Notes: generated by a model from the sequence alone, not told the origin. Counted from the first letter of the stretch, positions 28,007 to 38,556 are shown. The stretch is DNA of 64,000 nt from Alphaproteobacteria bacterium (GCA_030739855.1 JASLYJ010000003.1:6276-70275), one strand, 5' to 3'. Numbers and translations are program-made.

Positions 28007-28819
28007 ATGAAAGTGTCACATTTTATAGGAAATCTCGCCAGAATTACGTTAGTTACCCTCTTCGTTACAGCATGTGCCACACCTCCGGAAGACCCTGATG
28101 CTTTGGCCGAGTACGAGGAAATCAACGATCCTCTGGAGCCTACCAATCGCAAGATATTCGCCCTTAATCAGGGACTAGACAGGTTTCTGTTCAAGCCGCT
28201 GGCTCAGGGCTATGCTCTCCTCCCCGACCCCGTACGTGACTCCATCGGCGGCATGGTCGAGAATGTCAGCGCACCAGTCAATCTAGCCAATGACCTCCTT
28301 CAGGGTGAATTCAGCCGTGCCGGCGTTACACTAAAACGGTTTGCCATCAATTCCACCGTTGGCATCGGCGGCATGTTCGATGTGGCCTCCCGTATGGGGA
28401 TGGAAGGACACCACAGTGAAGATTTTGGACAGACTCTTGCCGTGTGGGGATCACCCGCAGGCCCGTATGTCGTCATTCCTGTCTTCGGGCCATCGAGCCC
28501 TCGCGCTATTACGGGTAAAGTGGCGGACAGTTTCTTAGATCCTTGGTCCTACATCTTTGCTGACGAAGATGCGAAGATTGAATACTGGCTGATTCGCGGT
28601 GGGATCGAGGGCATTGACGAACGCGCCCGCGTTCTCAACGTCCTTGACGACATCGAGGAAGGTTCGCTTGATTTCTACGCTACCGTGCGCAGCCTTTATC
28701 GCCAGCGGCGTGAGTCCGAGATAGAAAATGGTGAACAAGAAGAAGGTATGCCTGGCCCCAGTTTCATGAGCCAAGTTGACTATTCTACGAGCACCGATAA
28801 AGCTTCCCTAGTTCATTAA
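28007..28819 (+). CDS. mlaA: MlaA/VacJ family outer-membrane lipoprotein
   Basis: Signal plus lipobox VTLFVTAC, then INDPLEPTNRKIFALNQGLDRFLFKPLAQGY, the VacJ signature. Start moved to MKVSHF (28007). Confidence 0.85.
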   Translation: MKVSHFIGNLARITLVTLFVTACATPPEDPDALAEYEEINDPLEPTNRKIFALNQGLDRFLFKPLAQGYALLPDPVRDSIGGMVENVSAPVNLANDLLQGEFSRAGVTLKRFAINSTVGIGGMFDVASRMGMEGHHSEDFGQTLAVWGSPAGPYVVIPVFGPSSPRAITGKVADSFLDPWSYIFADEDAKIEYWLIRGGIEGIDERARVLNVLDDIEEGSLDFYATVRSLYRQRRESEIENGEQEEGMPGPSFMSQVDYSTSTDKASLVH

Positions 28820-28825
28820 GAAACA

Positions 28826-29503
28826 GTGCAGACAATGAATGTTTCTCCGCTTTCTCGCTGGCTCCTTCTCTGCGCGGTTTTCGTGGCGGTTGGCCCTATT
28901 TCTTCCATATCCTCTGTCCGGGCTGATGGGAGCATCGGCCCGGCCGGAGCCTTCATTCAAGATTTTGGAGACAGGGCCATAAACGCCCTTACGGAAGAAG
29001 GCCTCCCCACTAAGGAACTACGGTCCCGTTTTGGAAAGCTCTATGAGGAAGGCTTTGACTCACCGGCCATCGGCCGGTTTGTGCTCGGGCGTTATTGGAA
29101 AAAGGCCAGCAAGGAGGAGCGCAAGAAATTCCAGGATCTCTTCAACACGTTTGTTGTCCAGACCTATGCCGCCAAGTTCCGTCATTACGGTGGTGAGACT
29201 TTCATGGTCACCGGGTCTCGGCAGTCCGCAGGCGGTAGCACGTTTGTTATCTCATCGAAAGTTGAACAGCCCGGTGGTGGACCGCCCATCGTGCTGAGCT
29301 GGCGTGTTTCGGAATCCGATGACGCATACAAGATTTACGACATCACTGTGGAAGGAGTGAGTATGGTCGTTACCCAGCGCTCCGAATTCACCTCGGTAAT
29401 CCGTAGCGGCGGTGGGAAAGTCGAGGCACTTATCGACGCCCTTCGTGACAAGACCACAAAGCTCGCTAGCAAGGAAAGCGAGGGGGGAAACGTCAATAAC
29501 TAG
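28826..29503 (+). CDS. mlaC: MlaC/Ttg2D family periplasmic phospholipid-binding protein
   Basis: Signal peptide, then FDSPAIGRFVLGRYWKKASKEERKKFQDLF, as in toluene-tolerance Ttg2D proteins. GTG 28826 or ATG 28835 could be the start. Confidence 0.8.
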   Translation: MQTMNVSPLSRWLLLCAVFVAVGPISSISSVRADGSIGPAGAFIQDFGDRAINALTEEGLPTKELRSRFGKLYEEGFDSPAIGRFVLGRYWKKASKEERKKFQDLFNTFVVQTYAAKFRHYGGETFMVTGSRQSAGGSTFVISSKVEQPGGGPPIVLSWRVSESDDAYKIYDITVEGVSMVVTQRSEFTSVIRSGGGKVEALIDALRDKTTKLASKESEGGNVNN

Positions 29504-29528
29504 AGGCATTCTTGATCGGTGTTTTGGG

Positions 29529-29560
29529 GGCCGCCTTTTCGAAGGCGGCCTTTTATTTTA
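29529..29560 (+). terminator. rho-independent terminator after mlaC
   Basis: GGCCGCCTT-TTCG-AAGGCGGCC followed by TTTTATTTTA. Confidence 0.75.
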
Positions 29561-29610
29561 GAGGTAACGGTGGTTATGCTGATAGCCCTTCGTAAAATGC
29601 TGAGCTAAAC

Positions 29611-29922
29611 ATGATCCGGATTTTTTTCACCTATCTGCTACCGCTACTGCTGCCCACAGCCATTTATTTCATGTTCATGCTACCGGCGCAGCGGCGTGCC
29701 AAAGCGCATGACAAAGAGGTGTCCTGGAAAAAGACCCCGTGGCTACTTCTAGTCGGCGCCGGCGTAGCCCTGTTGTGCCTAACCCTAGGTATGCTGGCAC
29801 TCCATGACGGCGAACCGCCTTGGAGTCTGTATACTCCCCCCCATATGGAAAACGGCCACATCATGCCCAGCGAATTTAGTGATCCCGCCGAGAGCACGCC
29901 ACCCTCGGTTCGAAAAAAATGA
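29611..29922 (+). CDS. small membrane protein with two predicted TM helices, unknown function
   Basis: 103 aa. Hydrophobic stretches IFFTYLLPLLLPTAIYFMFML and WLLLVGAGVALLCLTLGMLAL. The stop abuts the cca start. No family recognised with confidence. Confidence 0.5.
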   Translation: MIRIFFTYLLPLLLPTAIYFMFMLPAQRRAKAHDKEVSWKKTPWLLLVGAGVALLCLTLGMLALHDGEPPWSLYTPPHMENGHIMPSEFSDPAESTPPSVRKK

Positions 29923-29926
29923 TCCC

Positions 29927-31162
29927 GTGTTGACCGGACAACGCATACCTGTACCGCCCTGGATGATAGCGCCGGAAACCCGCGCCGTGATTGACGCTCT
30001 TAGCGCCAAGGGAACTGTGGTGCGTTTCGTGGGCGGCTGCGTTCGTAACACGCTGCTGGCGCGTCCCGTAGCCGACATCGATTTAGCCACGCCGGACACG
30101 CCGGAGATGGTAACGGCGCTCCTGGAAGAGGCCGGGCTGCGCGCCATCCCCACTGGGATCAAACACGGCACCATCACCGCTGTAGTAGAGAGTAGACCCT
30201 TCGAGGTGACAACCCTGCGCCGTGATGTGGAGACCTATGGCCGCCATGCCAAGATCGCCTTCACCGACGACTGGGAGGCCGATTCCATGCGCCGCGACTT
30301 CACCATTAACGCCATCTACTGTGATCCCGATGGCACCCTTTATGATCCCCATGGAGGCAAGGTAGATCTGTGCGCGGGCCGGGTGCGTTTCGTCGGCAAT
30401 GCTCGGGAACGCATCGCTGAGGACGTACTGCGGCTGTTGCGGTTCTTCCGCTTCCATGCCTGGTTCGGCAGCGGCGGGGCGGACGAGGAAGCCCTTGCCG
30501 CCTGTCGTGAGGCTGCCCCGGAACTGGAAAGACTTTCGGTGGAACGGGTATGGTGCGAATTGAAGAAGCTTCTGGCCGCCCCCGACCCAGCATCGGACAT
30601 CCAGCTTATGAAAGAAAATGGTATCCTCAAACATGTGCTGCCGGAGATAAAAACAGTAACGGGTCAGAAAAGCCCCCTTGCCGCCCTCACCGCTATCGAG
30701 GATGAACTGGGAGAGCCTGACCCCCTGCGCCGCCTCGCCGTTCTTCTGAGCGACAAAAGAGCGGTGGGCGTGGCAAAAACAATGGCGGCACGACTAAAAC
30801 TCTCCAACACTGAATGCGACCGGATGATAGCGCTTACCGGAGATGGGTATGATCTCGGGGGCAATTTCGTCCGGTGGCGTCGCGCTCTCTATACATCAGG
30901 GCCGGAGCTTTTCCACGACCGCGTCCTGCTGGCCTGGGCTACCGATCCCCAGGGAAAAGAAACCTACAAGAAAATGTTAGCCGAGGCCGATGGCTGGACA
31001 CCGCCTTCCCTGCCCATAACGGGCACGGACGTAATAGCGATGGGCATGGAGCCTGGCGAAGCGGTGGGTAAGCTTCTTTCGCAACTAGAGGATTGGTGGA
31101 TCGCCGAAGACTTCCAGCCTACCCGAAAGGACTGCCTCGCGAAGCTAAGGGCGTTAAAGTAG
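29927..31162 (+). CDS. cca: CCA-adding tRNA nucleotidyltransferase / poly(A) polymerase family
   Basis: Contains FVGGCVRNTLL...DIDLAT and RRDFTINA. The track start 29804 overlaps the previous gene. I place the start at GTG 29927; an ATG about 30 nt further on (MIAPE) is also possible. Confidence 0.8.
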   Translation: MLTGQRIPVPPWMIAPETRAVIDALSAKGTVVRFVGGCVRNTLLARPVADIDLATPDTPEMVTALLEEAGLRAIPTGIKHGTITAVVESRPFEVTTLRRDVETYGRHAKIAFTDDWEADSMRRDFTINAIYCDPDGTLYDPHGGKVDLCAGRVRFVGNARERIAEDVLRLLRFFRFHAWFGSGGADEEALAACREAAPELERLSVERVWCELKKLLAAPDPASDIQLMKENGILKHVLPEIKTVTGQKSPLAALTAIEDELGEPDPLRRLAVLLSDKRAVGVAKTMAARLKLSNTECDRMIALTGDGYDLGGNFVRWRRALYTSGPELFHDRVLLAWATDPQGKETYKKMLAEADGWTPPSLPITGTDVIAMGMEPGEAVGKLLSQLEDWWIAEDFQPTRKDCLAKLRALK

Positions 31163-31197
31163 GTGTGATCAGTTTTCTGAGACCTTGAACAGATTGT

Positions 31198-31220
31198 GTG
31201 CAGTTTTCCTGCACTTTTCC
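31198..31220 (+). terminator. rho-independent terminator after cca
   Basis: GTGCAG-TTTTC-CTGCAC followed by TTTT. The stem is short. Confidence 0.55.
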
Positions 31221-31300
31221 TTGCCATGGTGAGGCTTGTTGGCTAGGACAATAGCTGAAATTTAGGACATGAATCTGGGGATAATACAGGGGAATCACTC

Positions 31301-31852
31301 ATGAACAAAAAGATACAGGACGCAGGTGCTGCCGGAGACGACGAGTCCCGCCGTGATTTCCTCCTTCTCACCACCGGTTTGGTGGGCACCGTAGGCGCGG
31401 CCTTGTCCGCTTGGCCCTTCATCGACAGCATGAACCCAGCAGCTGACGTGTTATCCCTGTCCACAACCGAGGTGGACCTGTCCCCAGTGGAAACGGGCCA
31501 GAGTATTACCGTAGTCTGGCGCGGCAAGCCCGTCTTTATCCGCCACCGCACCGAACAGGAAATCACCCAGGCACGCAATGTGGACCTGGCGGAGTTGCGC
31601 GATCCCGTGCCTGACGAGGACCGCGATATCAGGCCCGAGTGGCTGGTTGTCGTCGGCGTGTGCCCCCATCTCGGCTGTATTCCACTAGGCCAGAAACCGG
31701 GCCAACCCCGGGGTGAATGGGGTGGATGGTTCTGCCCCTGTCACGGTTCCCAATTCGATACTTCTGGTCGTATCCGCAAAGGGCCGGCACCTACTAACCT
31801 TGTGGTGCCGCCTTACCGGTTCATCAACGAAACGTCGATCCAGATCGGCTAG
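31301..31852 (+). CDS. petA: ubiquinol-cytochrome c reductase Rieske iron-sulfur subunit
   Basis: Tat-like N-terminus (SRRDFLL) and Rieske boxes CPHLGC and CPCHGS. Confidence 0.95.
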   Translation: MNKKIQDAGAAGDDESRRDFLLLTTGLVGTVGAALSAWPFIDSMNPAADVLSLSTTEVDLSPVETGQSITVVWRGKPVFIRHRTEQEITQARNVDLAELRDPVPDEDRDIRPEWLVVVGVCPHLGCIPLGQKPGQPRGEWGGWFCPCHGSQFDTSGRIRKGPAPTNLVVPPYRFINETSIQIG

Positions 31853-31864
31853 AAGACAGCCTCA

Positions 31865-33127
31865 ATGATTACATCCAAAAGCGCGCACCCCGTGGTCAAA
31901 TGGATCGACGAACGCCTCCCGGTATTCACTTTCCTCAACCGTGAACTGCGCGACTATCCCACCCCGCGAAACCTGAACTACTGGTGGAGCTTCGGCTCCA
32001 TCGCTGGCGTCGTGCTGGTGGTTATGACCCTCACCGGGATCATGTTGGCTATGCAGTACACGGCCCATATGGATTACGCCTTCGACAGCGTGGAGCGCAT
32101 CATGCGCGACGTCAATTACGGCTGGCTGCTGCGTTATCTCCACATGAATGGCGGATCCATGTTCTTCATCGTAGTCTATATTCACCTTTTTCGGGGGATT
32201 TACTTCGGCTCCTACAAGTCGCCACGCGAAATTCTGTGGGCGCTGGGGGTTGTCATCCTATTGCTGATGATGGCCACCGCCTTCATGGGCTATGTACTGC
32301 CCTGGGGCCAGATGAGCTTCTGGGGCGCCACAGTGATTACAAATCTGTTTTCGGCGATTCCGCTAGTGGGCGACTCCATCGTGAACTGGCTGTGGGGTGG
32401 CTATTCCATTGCAAACCCAACGTTGACACGTTTCTACGCTCTCCACTATCTGTTTCCCTTTCTCATCTTCGTCGTTGTAGCGCTTCATTTGGTAGCTCTG
32501 CACATGGTGAAATCCAATAATCCGCTGGGCGTTGATGCCAAGGAGCCGCAGGACACTATCCCCTTCCATCCCTATTACACGGCAAAGGATTTCTTCGGTT
32601 TCGGCGTTTTCTTCCTGGTCTATTTAGGTTTCGTGTTTTTCGCCCCCGATTTCTTCGGCGAGCCCGACAATTACATTCCGGCTAACCCACTGGCCACACC
32701 ACCCCATATCGTGCCCGAATGGTATTTTCTTCCCTTCTACGCCATCCTGCGGGTGGTGCCCGATATCGAGGTCTTCGGTTTCATCCTGGTGGAAGCGAAG
32801 CTGGCCGGCGTCATCCTTATGTTCGGCTCGATTCTGGTTCTGTTTTTCCTACCATGGCTCGACTCCTCGAAAGTGCGCAGCGCTCGCTTCCGTCCCATCT
32901 TTAAACAATTCTTCTGGATTTTTCTCGCAGACTGCCTGTTGTTGGGATGGGTCGGTGCCAATCCACCAGAGGGTTCTTTCGTAGTCCTAGGGCGCATCGG
33001 GACAGCATTCTATTTCGCCTATTTCATCATCATCATCCCCCTTGTCGCCCGTTTCGAAAAACCACTGCCCCTACCCTCAAGTGTCGTATCTTCGGTTTTG
33101 AACGAAAAGAAAGGGGAGAGATCGTGA
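31865..33127 (+). CDS. petB: cytochrome b
   Basis: 420 aa with [22 protein letters not shown] and [13 protein letters not shown]. Confidence 0.95.
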   Translation: MITSKSAHPVVKWIDERLPVFTFLNRELRDYPTPRNLNYWWSFGSIAGVVLVVMTLTGIMLAMQYTAHMDYAFDSVERIMRDVNYGWLLRYLHMNGGSMFFIVVYIHLFRGIYFGSYKSPREILWALGVVILLLMMATAFMGYVLPWGQMSFWGATVITNLFSAIPLVGDSIVNWLWGGYSIANPTLTRFYALHYLFPFLIFVVVALHLVALHMVKSNNPLGVDAKEPQDTIPFHPYYTAKDFFGFGVFFLVYLGFVFFAPDFFGEPDNYIPANPLATPPHIVPEWYFLPFYAILRVVPDIEVFGFILVEAKLAGVILMFGSILVLFFLPWLDSSKVRSARFRPIFKQFFWIFLADCLLLGWVGANPPEGSFVVLGRIGTAFYFAYFIIIIPLVARFEKPLPLPSSVVSSVLNEKKGERS

Positions 33128-33891
33128 TACGAGGAGCCCTAACCACAGCCTGCAGCCTTATGGCGGGCCTTTTCCTTCTCCCCAGCCCCGCCGCGGTTGT
33201 AGAAATAATCGAGATCGAGAAGCGCGACTGGTCTTTTGATGGTATTTTTGGCAGTTTTGACCGCACCGCCCAACAGCGCGGCTATCAGATCTATAACGAG
33301 GCCTGTTCTGGCTGTCACGGCCTACGCCTGCTCACCTACCGCAACCTTGCCGCGCTAGGCTACAGCGAGGACGACATCAAGGCCTTCGCCACCGATTTCG
33401 ATGTTACCGACGGCCCTGATGATGAGGGAGAAATGTACCAGCGCAACGCCTTGCCCTCAGACCATTTTGTTTCCCCTTTCCCCAACACCCAAGCATCTCG
33501 CGCTGCCAATAACGGCGCCCTACCACCGGACCTATCTCTGATCGTCAAGGCACGCAAGAATGGAGCCGATTATATCTACGCCCTACTTACGAGCTATGGC
33601 GATGCCCCCGATGACGAAGAACTGCCAGACGGTATGTATTACAACGCCGTCTTCCCGGGGCACCAGATCGCCATGCCGCCGCCCCTCTATGACGACACCA
33701 TAGAATATTCCGATGGCACGCTGGCCACGGTGGACCAGATGGCCTCTGACGTCACCACCTTCTTGGCCTGGGCCGCCTCGCCAGAGATGGAGGCACGAAA
33801 GCGGCTGGGCCTGAAGGCTATGCTGTTTTTGTTAGTGCTGACTGCCTTACTTGCCGCCGTAAAGCACAAAGTATGGTCGCGCCTGAACTGA
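33124..33891 (+). CDS. petC: cytochrome c1
   Basis: GTG 33124 overlaps the petB stop (GTGA). Signal sequence, heme motif CSGCHG, PPDLS, a distal Met in the IAMPPPL region, and a C-terminal TM anchor. The track start 32947 lies inside petB. Confidence 0.9.
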   Translation: MIRGALTTACSLMAGLFLLPSPAAVVEIIEIEKRDWSFDGIFGSFDRTAQQRGYQIYNEACSGCHGLRLLTYRNLAALGYSEDDIKAFATDFDVTDGPDDEGEMYQRNALPSDHFVSPFPNTQASRAANNGALPPDLSLIVKARKNGADYIYALLTSYGDAPDDEELPDGMYYNAVFPGHQIAMPPPLYDDTIEYSDGTLATVDQMASDVTTFLAWAASPEMEARKRLGLKAMLFLLVLTALLAAVKHKVWSRLN

Positions 33892-33929
33892 ACCCACCTT
33901 CCCTTGACCTAGCCTAGAGGAGTTTTCCC

Positions 33930-34835
33930 ATGCCCCCCAGCTATCCTCCCGTCATCGGCATTCTCGCCGGAAGCGGTCTCTACGACATGGAGGGCCTAAC
34001 CAACCAGCACCGGGAAAAGGTCCATTCCCCCTTTGGTAAACCCTCCAGCGAATTATGTTTCGGTGAGTTGGAGGGCGTGCAGCTAGTGTTTCTTCCTCGC
34101 CACGGCAAAGGCCATCGCCTTCCACCGTCGGAAATCAACTTCCGTGCTAATATTGATGCTATGAAACGGGCTGGCGTTACCGATATTCTCTCGGTAAGCG
34201 CAGTGGGTAGCCTCAATCCAGACCTACCGCCAGGCACCTTCGTCATCATCGACCAATTCATTGACCGTACTTTCGCTCGTAACAAAAGCTTCTTCGAATC
34301 TGGTCTTGTAGCCCATGTCTCCATGGCTCACCCAGTCTGTGCCCGGCTCGGTAAGCATGCCAAGACGGCAGCAAAGGAGGCAGAGATTCCCGTAGTGCAC
34401 GGCGGCACCTATCTGGTGATGGAAGGCCCTCAGTTTTCCAGCCGCGCCGAATCTGAACTATATCGTAGCTGGGGCTGCGACGTAATCGGCATGACCAACA
34501 TGCCAGAGGCCAAGCTAGCCCGCGAAGCGGAGATCTGCTACGCCACCATCGCAATGGTCACTGATTTCGATTGTTGGCATCCTGATCATGATAACGTAAC
34601 AGTGGAAACGATTGTCGAAGTGCTGCAAAGCAATACTCGCAGGGCCCGTTTGCTCATCGGTGCCCTAATGCCAAAACTGGGTGGCCACAAGGGGCCCTGC
34701 ACGGAAGGGTGCCAGATGGCGCTAGAATACGCCCTGATTACTGCTCCAGAAGCGCGGGATCCTGAACTGGCCCGACGTCTTGATGCGGTAGCAGGCCGTG
34801 TGCTGGGAAAACAGAAGCCGACAGAAACATCATGA
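33930..34835 (+). CDS. mtnP: S-methyl-5'-thioadenosine phosphorylase
   Basis: Contains IGILAGSGLY, FLPRHGKGHRLPPSEINFRANI and GMTNMPEAKLAREAE. It starts only 38 nt after petC, with no hairpin in between. Confidence 0.9.
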   Translation: MPPSYPPVIGILAGSGLYDMEGLTNQHREKVHSPFGKPSSELCFGELEGVQLVFLPRHGKGHRLPPSEINFRANIDAMKRAGVTDILSVSAVGSLNPDLPPGTFVIIDQFIDRTFARNKSFFESGLVAHVSMAHPVCARLGKHAKTAAKEAEIPVVHGGTYLVMEGPQFSSRAESELYRSWGCDVIGMTNMPEAKLAREAEICYATIAMVTDFDCWHPDHDNVTVETIVEVLQSNTRRARLLIGALMPKLGGHKGPCTEGCQMALEYALITAPEARDPELARRLDAVAGRVLGKQKPTETS

Positions 34836-35941
34836 AGGTGCACGGAAGACCAACGCGCACCATCCGCCAAGCCGAGGATGGCTGGGCGGTGGAGATCATT
34901 GACCAGACGCAGCTGCCCCATCATTTCGTAATCCGCCGCCTGACCACGCTGGACGAGGCCGCCCACGCCATTTCCGCCATGCTTGTTCGCGGGGCACCGC
35001 TAATCGGCGCTACCGCCGCCTATGGTGTCTGTCTGGCACTGCGCGAGGATGCCTCCGACCACGCCCTTGACAATGCCTGTGACACCCTGATGGCTACTCG
35101 CCCCACAGCTGTCAATTTGCGCTGGGCATTAAAAACAATGCGGGTTCTTCTCACCCCTCTTCCTGAGGATAAGCGGTGTACAGCGGCATATGTGCAGGCA
35201 GCAAAAATCTGTGATGAGGACGTGGCAATCTGTTACAATATTGGCCTCAACGGCCTACCTCTTATTGTCGAGATAGCGAAAGGTAAGATCAAAGATACGC
35301 CAGTGAATATCCTCACCCACTGTAACGCAGGTTGGCTTGCAGCGGTGGACTGGGGCACGGCCTTGGCGCCCATCTACGCTGCCCATAATGAAGGGATTAT
35401 CATCCATGTATGGGTGGACGAGACAAGGCCCCGCAACCAGGGAGCATCCCTCACCGCTTGGGAGTTGGGTCAGAATGGTGTCTCCCACAGTGTTATTGTC
35501 GATAATGCTGGGGGGCATCTGATGCAGCATGGTAAGGTAGATTTAGTCATTACTGGTACCGACCGAACCACCGCCAACGGCGACGTGTGTAATAAGATAG
35601 GCACCTATCTGAAGGCACTAGCTGCTCACGATAACGGAGTCCCCTTCTACGTAGCCCTACCGGGGTCTACCATTGATTGGACCATGAGCAGTGGCGTTGC
35701 CGAAATCCCTATCGAGGAACGAGATCCAACCGAAGTGAAGTGGATTTCAGGACGAACAGCAGAAGGTGAGATGGTAGCTGTGTACGTTACTCCTGAAGAA
35801 TCCGCTGCAGCTAATCCAGCCTTCGACGTGACCCCAGCACGGCTGGTGACAGGGCTCATCACCGAGCGCGGCATCTGCCATGCTTCTCGCGAAGGGCTTG
35901 CAGAGCTTTACCCAGAATTGGCAGGTCAAGGAACGATATGA
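34832..35941 (+). CDS. mtnA: S-methyl-5-thioribose-1-phosphate isomerase
   Basis: eIF-2B-like fold with TRPTAVNL, HCNAG and GTDRTTANGDVCNKIGTY. Its start overlaps the mtnP stop (ATGA). Confidence 0.9.
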   Translation: MKVHGRPTRTIRQAEDGWAVEIIDQTQLPHHFVIRRLTTLDEAAHAISAMLVRGAPLIGATAAYGVCLALREDASDHALDNACDTLMATRPTAVNLRWALKTMRVLLTPLPEDKRCTAAYVQAAKICDEDVAICYNIGLNGLPLIVEIAKGKIKDTPVNILTHCNAGWLAAVDWGTALAPIYAAHNEGIIIHVWVDETRPRNQGASLTAWELGQNGVSHSVIVDNAGGHLMQHGKVDLVITGTDRTTANGDVCNKIGTYLKALAAHDNGVPFYVALPGSTIDWTMSSGVAEIPIEERDPTEVKWISGRTAEGEMVAVYVTPEESAAANPAFDVTPARLVTGLITERGICHASREGLAELYPELAGQGTI

Positions 35942-36008
35942 GTCCCGGTGCGACATTCCCAGTAATGCAACATTCATTTTCTGTTCACTTACTCGTGACT
36001 AGTCTGCG

Positions 36009-36701
36009 GTGGTGACCCGTAAAAGAATATCATTGCTCCAAGAGCGCCGCATTATCATCTCTACCGCCAGATCGCTGCATGCGAAAGGTCTGGTCCATGG
36101 CCGGGAAGGTAATGTGAGTCTCCGCGTGGGCAACAACATACTTATCACACCCACAAACATGAACTACGAGACTCTCGAGCCTTCCGATATTGTCTCGATA
36201 ACCAGCATGGGTAGAACGAGTAGTAAGCATTCGCCTTCCAGCGAGTGGCAGCTTCATCTTGATATTTTCTCCTCCCGGTCGGAGATAAACGCAGTAGTAC
36301 ACACTCACTCCGTATCTGCTACAGCGCTAGCCTGTCAGGGCCTCGGAATTCCTCCCTTTCATTACATGGTAGCTCTTGCCGGCGGCACGGACATCCGCTG
36401 CGCGCCCTATGCTACTTTCGGAACCAAAACATTGGCACAAAATACAATAGTGGCGTTAAAAAACCGCCGCGCCTGTCTTCTCGCCTATCACGGAATGATT
36501 GCCATAGGTGAGACCATTGACAAAGCGGCAGAACTTACCAGAGAGGTGGAATACCTAGCAGAACTGTACTGGCGGGTACGCCTGTTGGGAAAACCGAAGC
36601 TGCTTTCATCGGTCGAGATGAAAAAGACGCTTAGAAGATTCACTACTAGAAAGCGTCAGTCTATGACTAAAGGCAAAGGAAAACGCGGCTGCTCATCTTA
36701 A
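36009..36701 (+). CDS. class II aldolase, FucA-like; candidate 5-(methylthio)ribulose-1-phosphate aldolase of the DHAP shunt (an MtnB-type dehydratase is not excluded)
   Basis: It aligns by eye along almost its whole length with E. coli L-fuculose-phosphate aldolase: GNVSLR, ITPT, PSSEW..H, AVVHTHS, IPPFHYMVALAGG..IRCAPYATFGT, ALKNRRACLL.YHG and EVEYLAELY. GTG start. It has a Lys/Arg-rich C-terminal tail. Confidence 0.75.
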   Translation: MVTRKRISLLQERRIIISTARSLHAKGLVHGREGNVSLRVGNNILITPTNMNYETLEPSDIVSITSMGRTSSKHSPSSEWQLHLDIFSSRSEINAVVHTHSVSATALACQGLGIPPFHYMVALAGGTDIRCAPYATFGTKTLAQNTIVALKNRRACLLAYHGMIAIGETIDKAAELTREVEYLAELYWRVRLLGKPKLLSSVEMKKTLRRFTTRKRQSMTKGKGKRGCSS

Positions 36702-36805
36702 TACCTAGAGGCCGCAGCATTCCTCCTGTTTCAGATTACAGATGAAGTACATCAGCGACTAGTTAATATCGTAAGTTACATCATCTGAACCCAGGAGTCG
36801 CACCC

Positions 36806-37903
36806 TCACACATTAAAGCGGAACAGGATCACGTCTCCGTCATTCACAGCGTAGTCTCTACCCTCTTGGCGCATTTTGCCAGCGTCGCGCGTACCCTGTT
36901 CACCGCCGTATGATATGTAATCATCGTAAGATATAGTCTCGGCGCTGATAAAGCCCTTCTTGAAGTCAGTATGGATGACACCCGCCGCCGCCGGCGCCAG
37001 TATGCCCCGGCGCACGGTCCAGGCGCGGGCTTCCTTGGGGGTGGCGGTGAAGAAAGTAATGAGGTTCAGCAGCGCATAGCCGGCGTGGATGATGCGGGCG
37101 AGACCGGTTTCCTCCAGCCCCAGGACGGCGAGAAACTCTTCCCGCTCCGCCTCGTCGCTTAACTGCGCCACCTCGGCCTCGATGGCCGCCGAGATCACCA
37201 CGCAACCCGCACTCTCTTTTTCCACCGTCTTCGCGAAACACGCCGAGAACTCGTTGCCAGCGGCGGCCCCTTCCTCCACGTTGCACACGTAGAGCACCGG
37301 CTTTGAGGTCAGTAGCTGCAAGCGCGCTAGCGCCCGCAGCTGGTCGGGATTATCACTGAAGGAGCGGGCCGGCTTACCCTCGCGCAACACTTCCAGGACC
37401 CGGGTCATCAGGTCAAGTTCGTCTTTGGCCTCCTTGTTGCCGCTGCGCGCCTTCTTGGTAGCGGACTCGGCGTGTTTCTCAAGGTTTTCCAGGTCGGCCA
37501 GCATGAGCTCCGTTTCCACCGTGTCGCGGTCACGCAGCGGGTCTATATCGCCCTCCACATGGGTTATGTCGCCGTCGGAGAAACAGCGCAGCACATGGAC
37601 GATGGCGTCCACCTCACGGATATGGCCCAGGAACTGGTTGCCCAGCCCCTCGCCCTTGCTGGCGCCGCGCACCAGCCCCGCGATATCCACGAATTCGAGT
37701 TGGGTCGGCAGCACCCGGGCCGACCCCGCCAGTTGCGCCAGTTCATCGAGACGGGGATCTGGCACTGCCACCCGCCCGGTATTGGGTTCGACGGTGCAGA
37801 AGGGATAGTTTTCTGCTTCTGCCGCGGCGGTGGAGGTGAGCGCGTTGAACAGGGTGGACTTGCCCACATTGGGCAGGCCGACGATGCCGCAGTTAAACCC
37901 CAT
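36806..37903 (-). CDS. ychF: redox-regulated ATPase YchF (Obg-family)
   Basis: Contains GIVGLPNVGKSTLFNALT, the DIAGLV region and the C-terminal TGS-like ...DGDVILFRFNV. Confidence 0.93.
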   Translation of the reverse strand: MGFNCGIVGLPNVGKSTLFNALTSTAAAEAENYPFCTVEPNTGRVAVPDPRLDELAQLAGSARVLPTQLEFVDIAGLVRGASKGEGLGNQFLGHIREVDAIVHVLRCFSDGDITHVEGDIDPLRDRDTVETELMLADLENLEKHAESATKKARSGNKEAKDELDLMTRVLEVLREGKPARSFSDNPDQLRALARLQLLTSKPVLYVCNVEEGAAAGNEFSACFAKTVEKESAGCVVISAAIEAEVAQLSDEAEREEFLAVLGLEETGLARIIHAGYALLNLITFFTATPKEARAWTVRRGILAPAAAGVIHTDFKKGFISAETISYDDYISYGGEQGTRDAGKMRQEGRDYAVNDGDVILFRFNV

Positions 37904-38556
37904 CAGGCCGGGTCCGAATCTGCTTTCCGGGACGGGGTTCCGCCTCCCTCACCCGGCGCCTCCTCCTTGGCCGGAGACTCTTGAGCCGGGGGTGGGGCTA
38001 GCCGCGCCACCTTGGTCATGAAGCCCTCGTCCTCGCCCGCAACCAATAGGGGTAGGCTCTCGGCGATGGCGTCGATCAGGGGGTCGAGCCAGGCCTTGTC
38101 TGCTTTGGCGAAGTCCTTGAGCACATGGCCCGTCACCTTGTCGCGGTGGCCGGGATGGCCGATGCCGAGACGGATACGCCAGAAGTCGAGACCGAGGTGG
38201 GAAGCAATGCTGCGGATGCCCTTATGGCCAGCCGCGCCACCACCGAACCTGACCCGTAGCCTGCCCGGGGCGAGGTCGAGCTCGTCGTAGAAAACGAAAA
38301 TCTGATCGGGCGGCACCTTGAAGAAACGCGCGGCCTCGCCCACGGCGCGACCTGATTCGTTCATATAGGTTATAGGCTTGAAGGCCAACGCCTTTTCCCC
38401 GGCTACCTCGCCCTCGGACAGCTGTCCCTGGAACTTCTTGAGGAATGGAGGAAAGCCGTGAGCCACGGCCAGATGGTCGAGCGCCATGAAGCCGATATTG
38501 TGGCGGTTTCCAGCATAGTCGCGGCCCGGATTTCCCAATCCTACAAAAAGCAACAT
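37903..38556 (-). CDS. pth: peptidyl-tRNA hydrolase
   Basis: Contains [18 protein letters not shown] and GHKGIRSI. The stop overlaps the ychF ATG (TGATG). About 30 extra Pro/Glu/Gly-rich C-terminal residues. Confidence 0.9.
   Translation of the reverse strand: MLLFVGLGNPGRDYAGNRHNIGFMALDHLAVAHGFPPFLKKFQGQLSEGEVAGEKALAFKPITYMNESGRAVGEAARFFKVPPDQIFVFYDELDLAPGRLRVRFGGGAAGHKGIRSIASHLGLDFWRIRLGIGHPGHRDKVTGHVLKDFAKADKAWLDPLIDAIAESLPLLVAGEDEGFMTKVARLAPPPAQESPAKEEAPGEGGGTPSRKADSDPA

Noticed and set aside
32947-33123. Long N-terminal extension of the cytochrome c1 ORF
   Set aside because: The extension lies inside petB in another frame. GTG 33124 overlaps the petB stop and is followed by a proper signal sequence. 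I trimmed N-terminal over-extensions for def, fadD-like, otsB, uvrD, mlaA, cca, prs, hldD, phasin, ilvE, moaE, uvrC, uvrB and the aminotransferase for the same reason.
36739-36787. Imperfect 11-bp inverted repeat (CAGATGAAGTA...TACATCATCTG) between the convergent aldolase and ychF genes
   Set aside because: It could be a bidirectional terminator, but it has a 27-nt loop, one mismatch and no U-tract on either strand. This is not enough to annotate.
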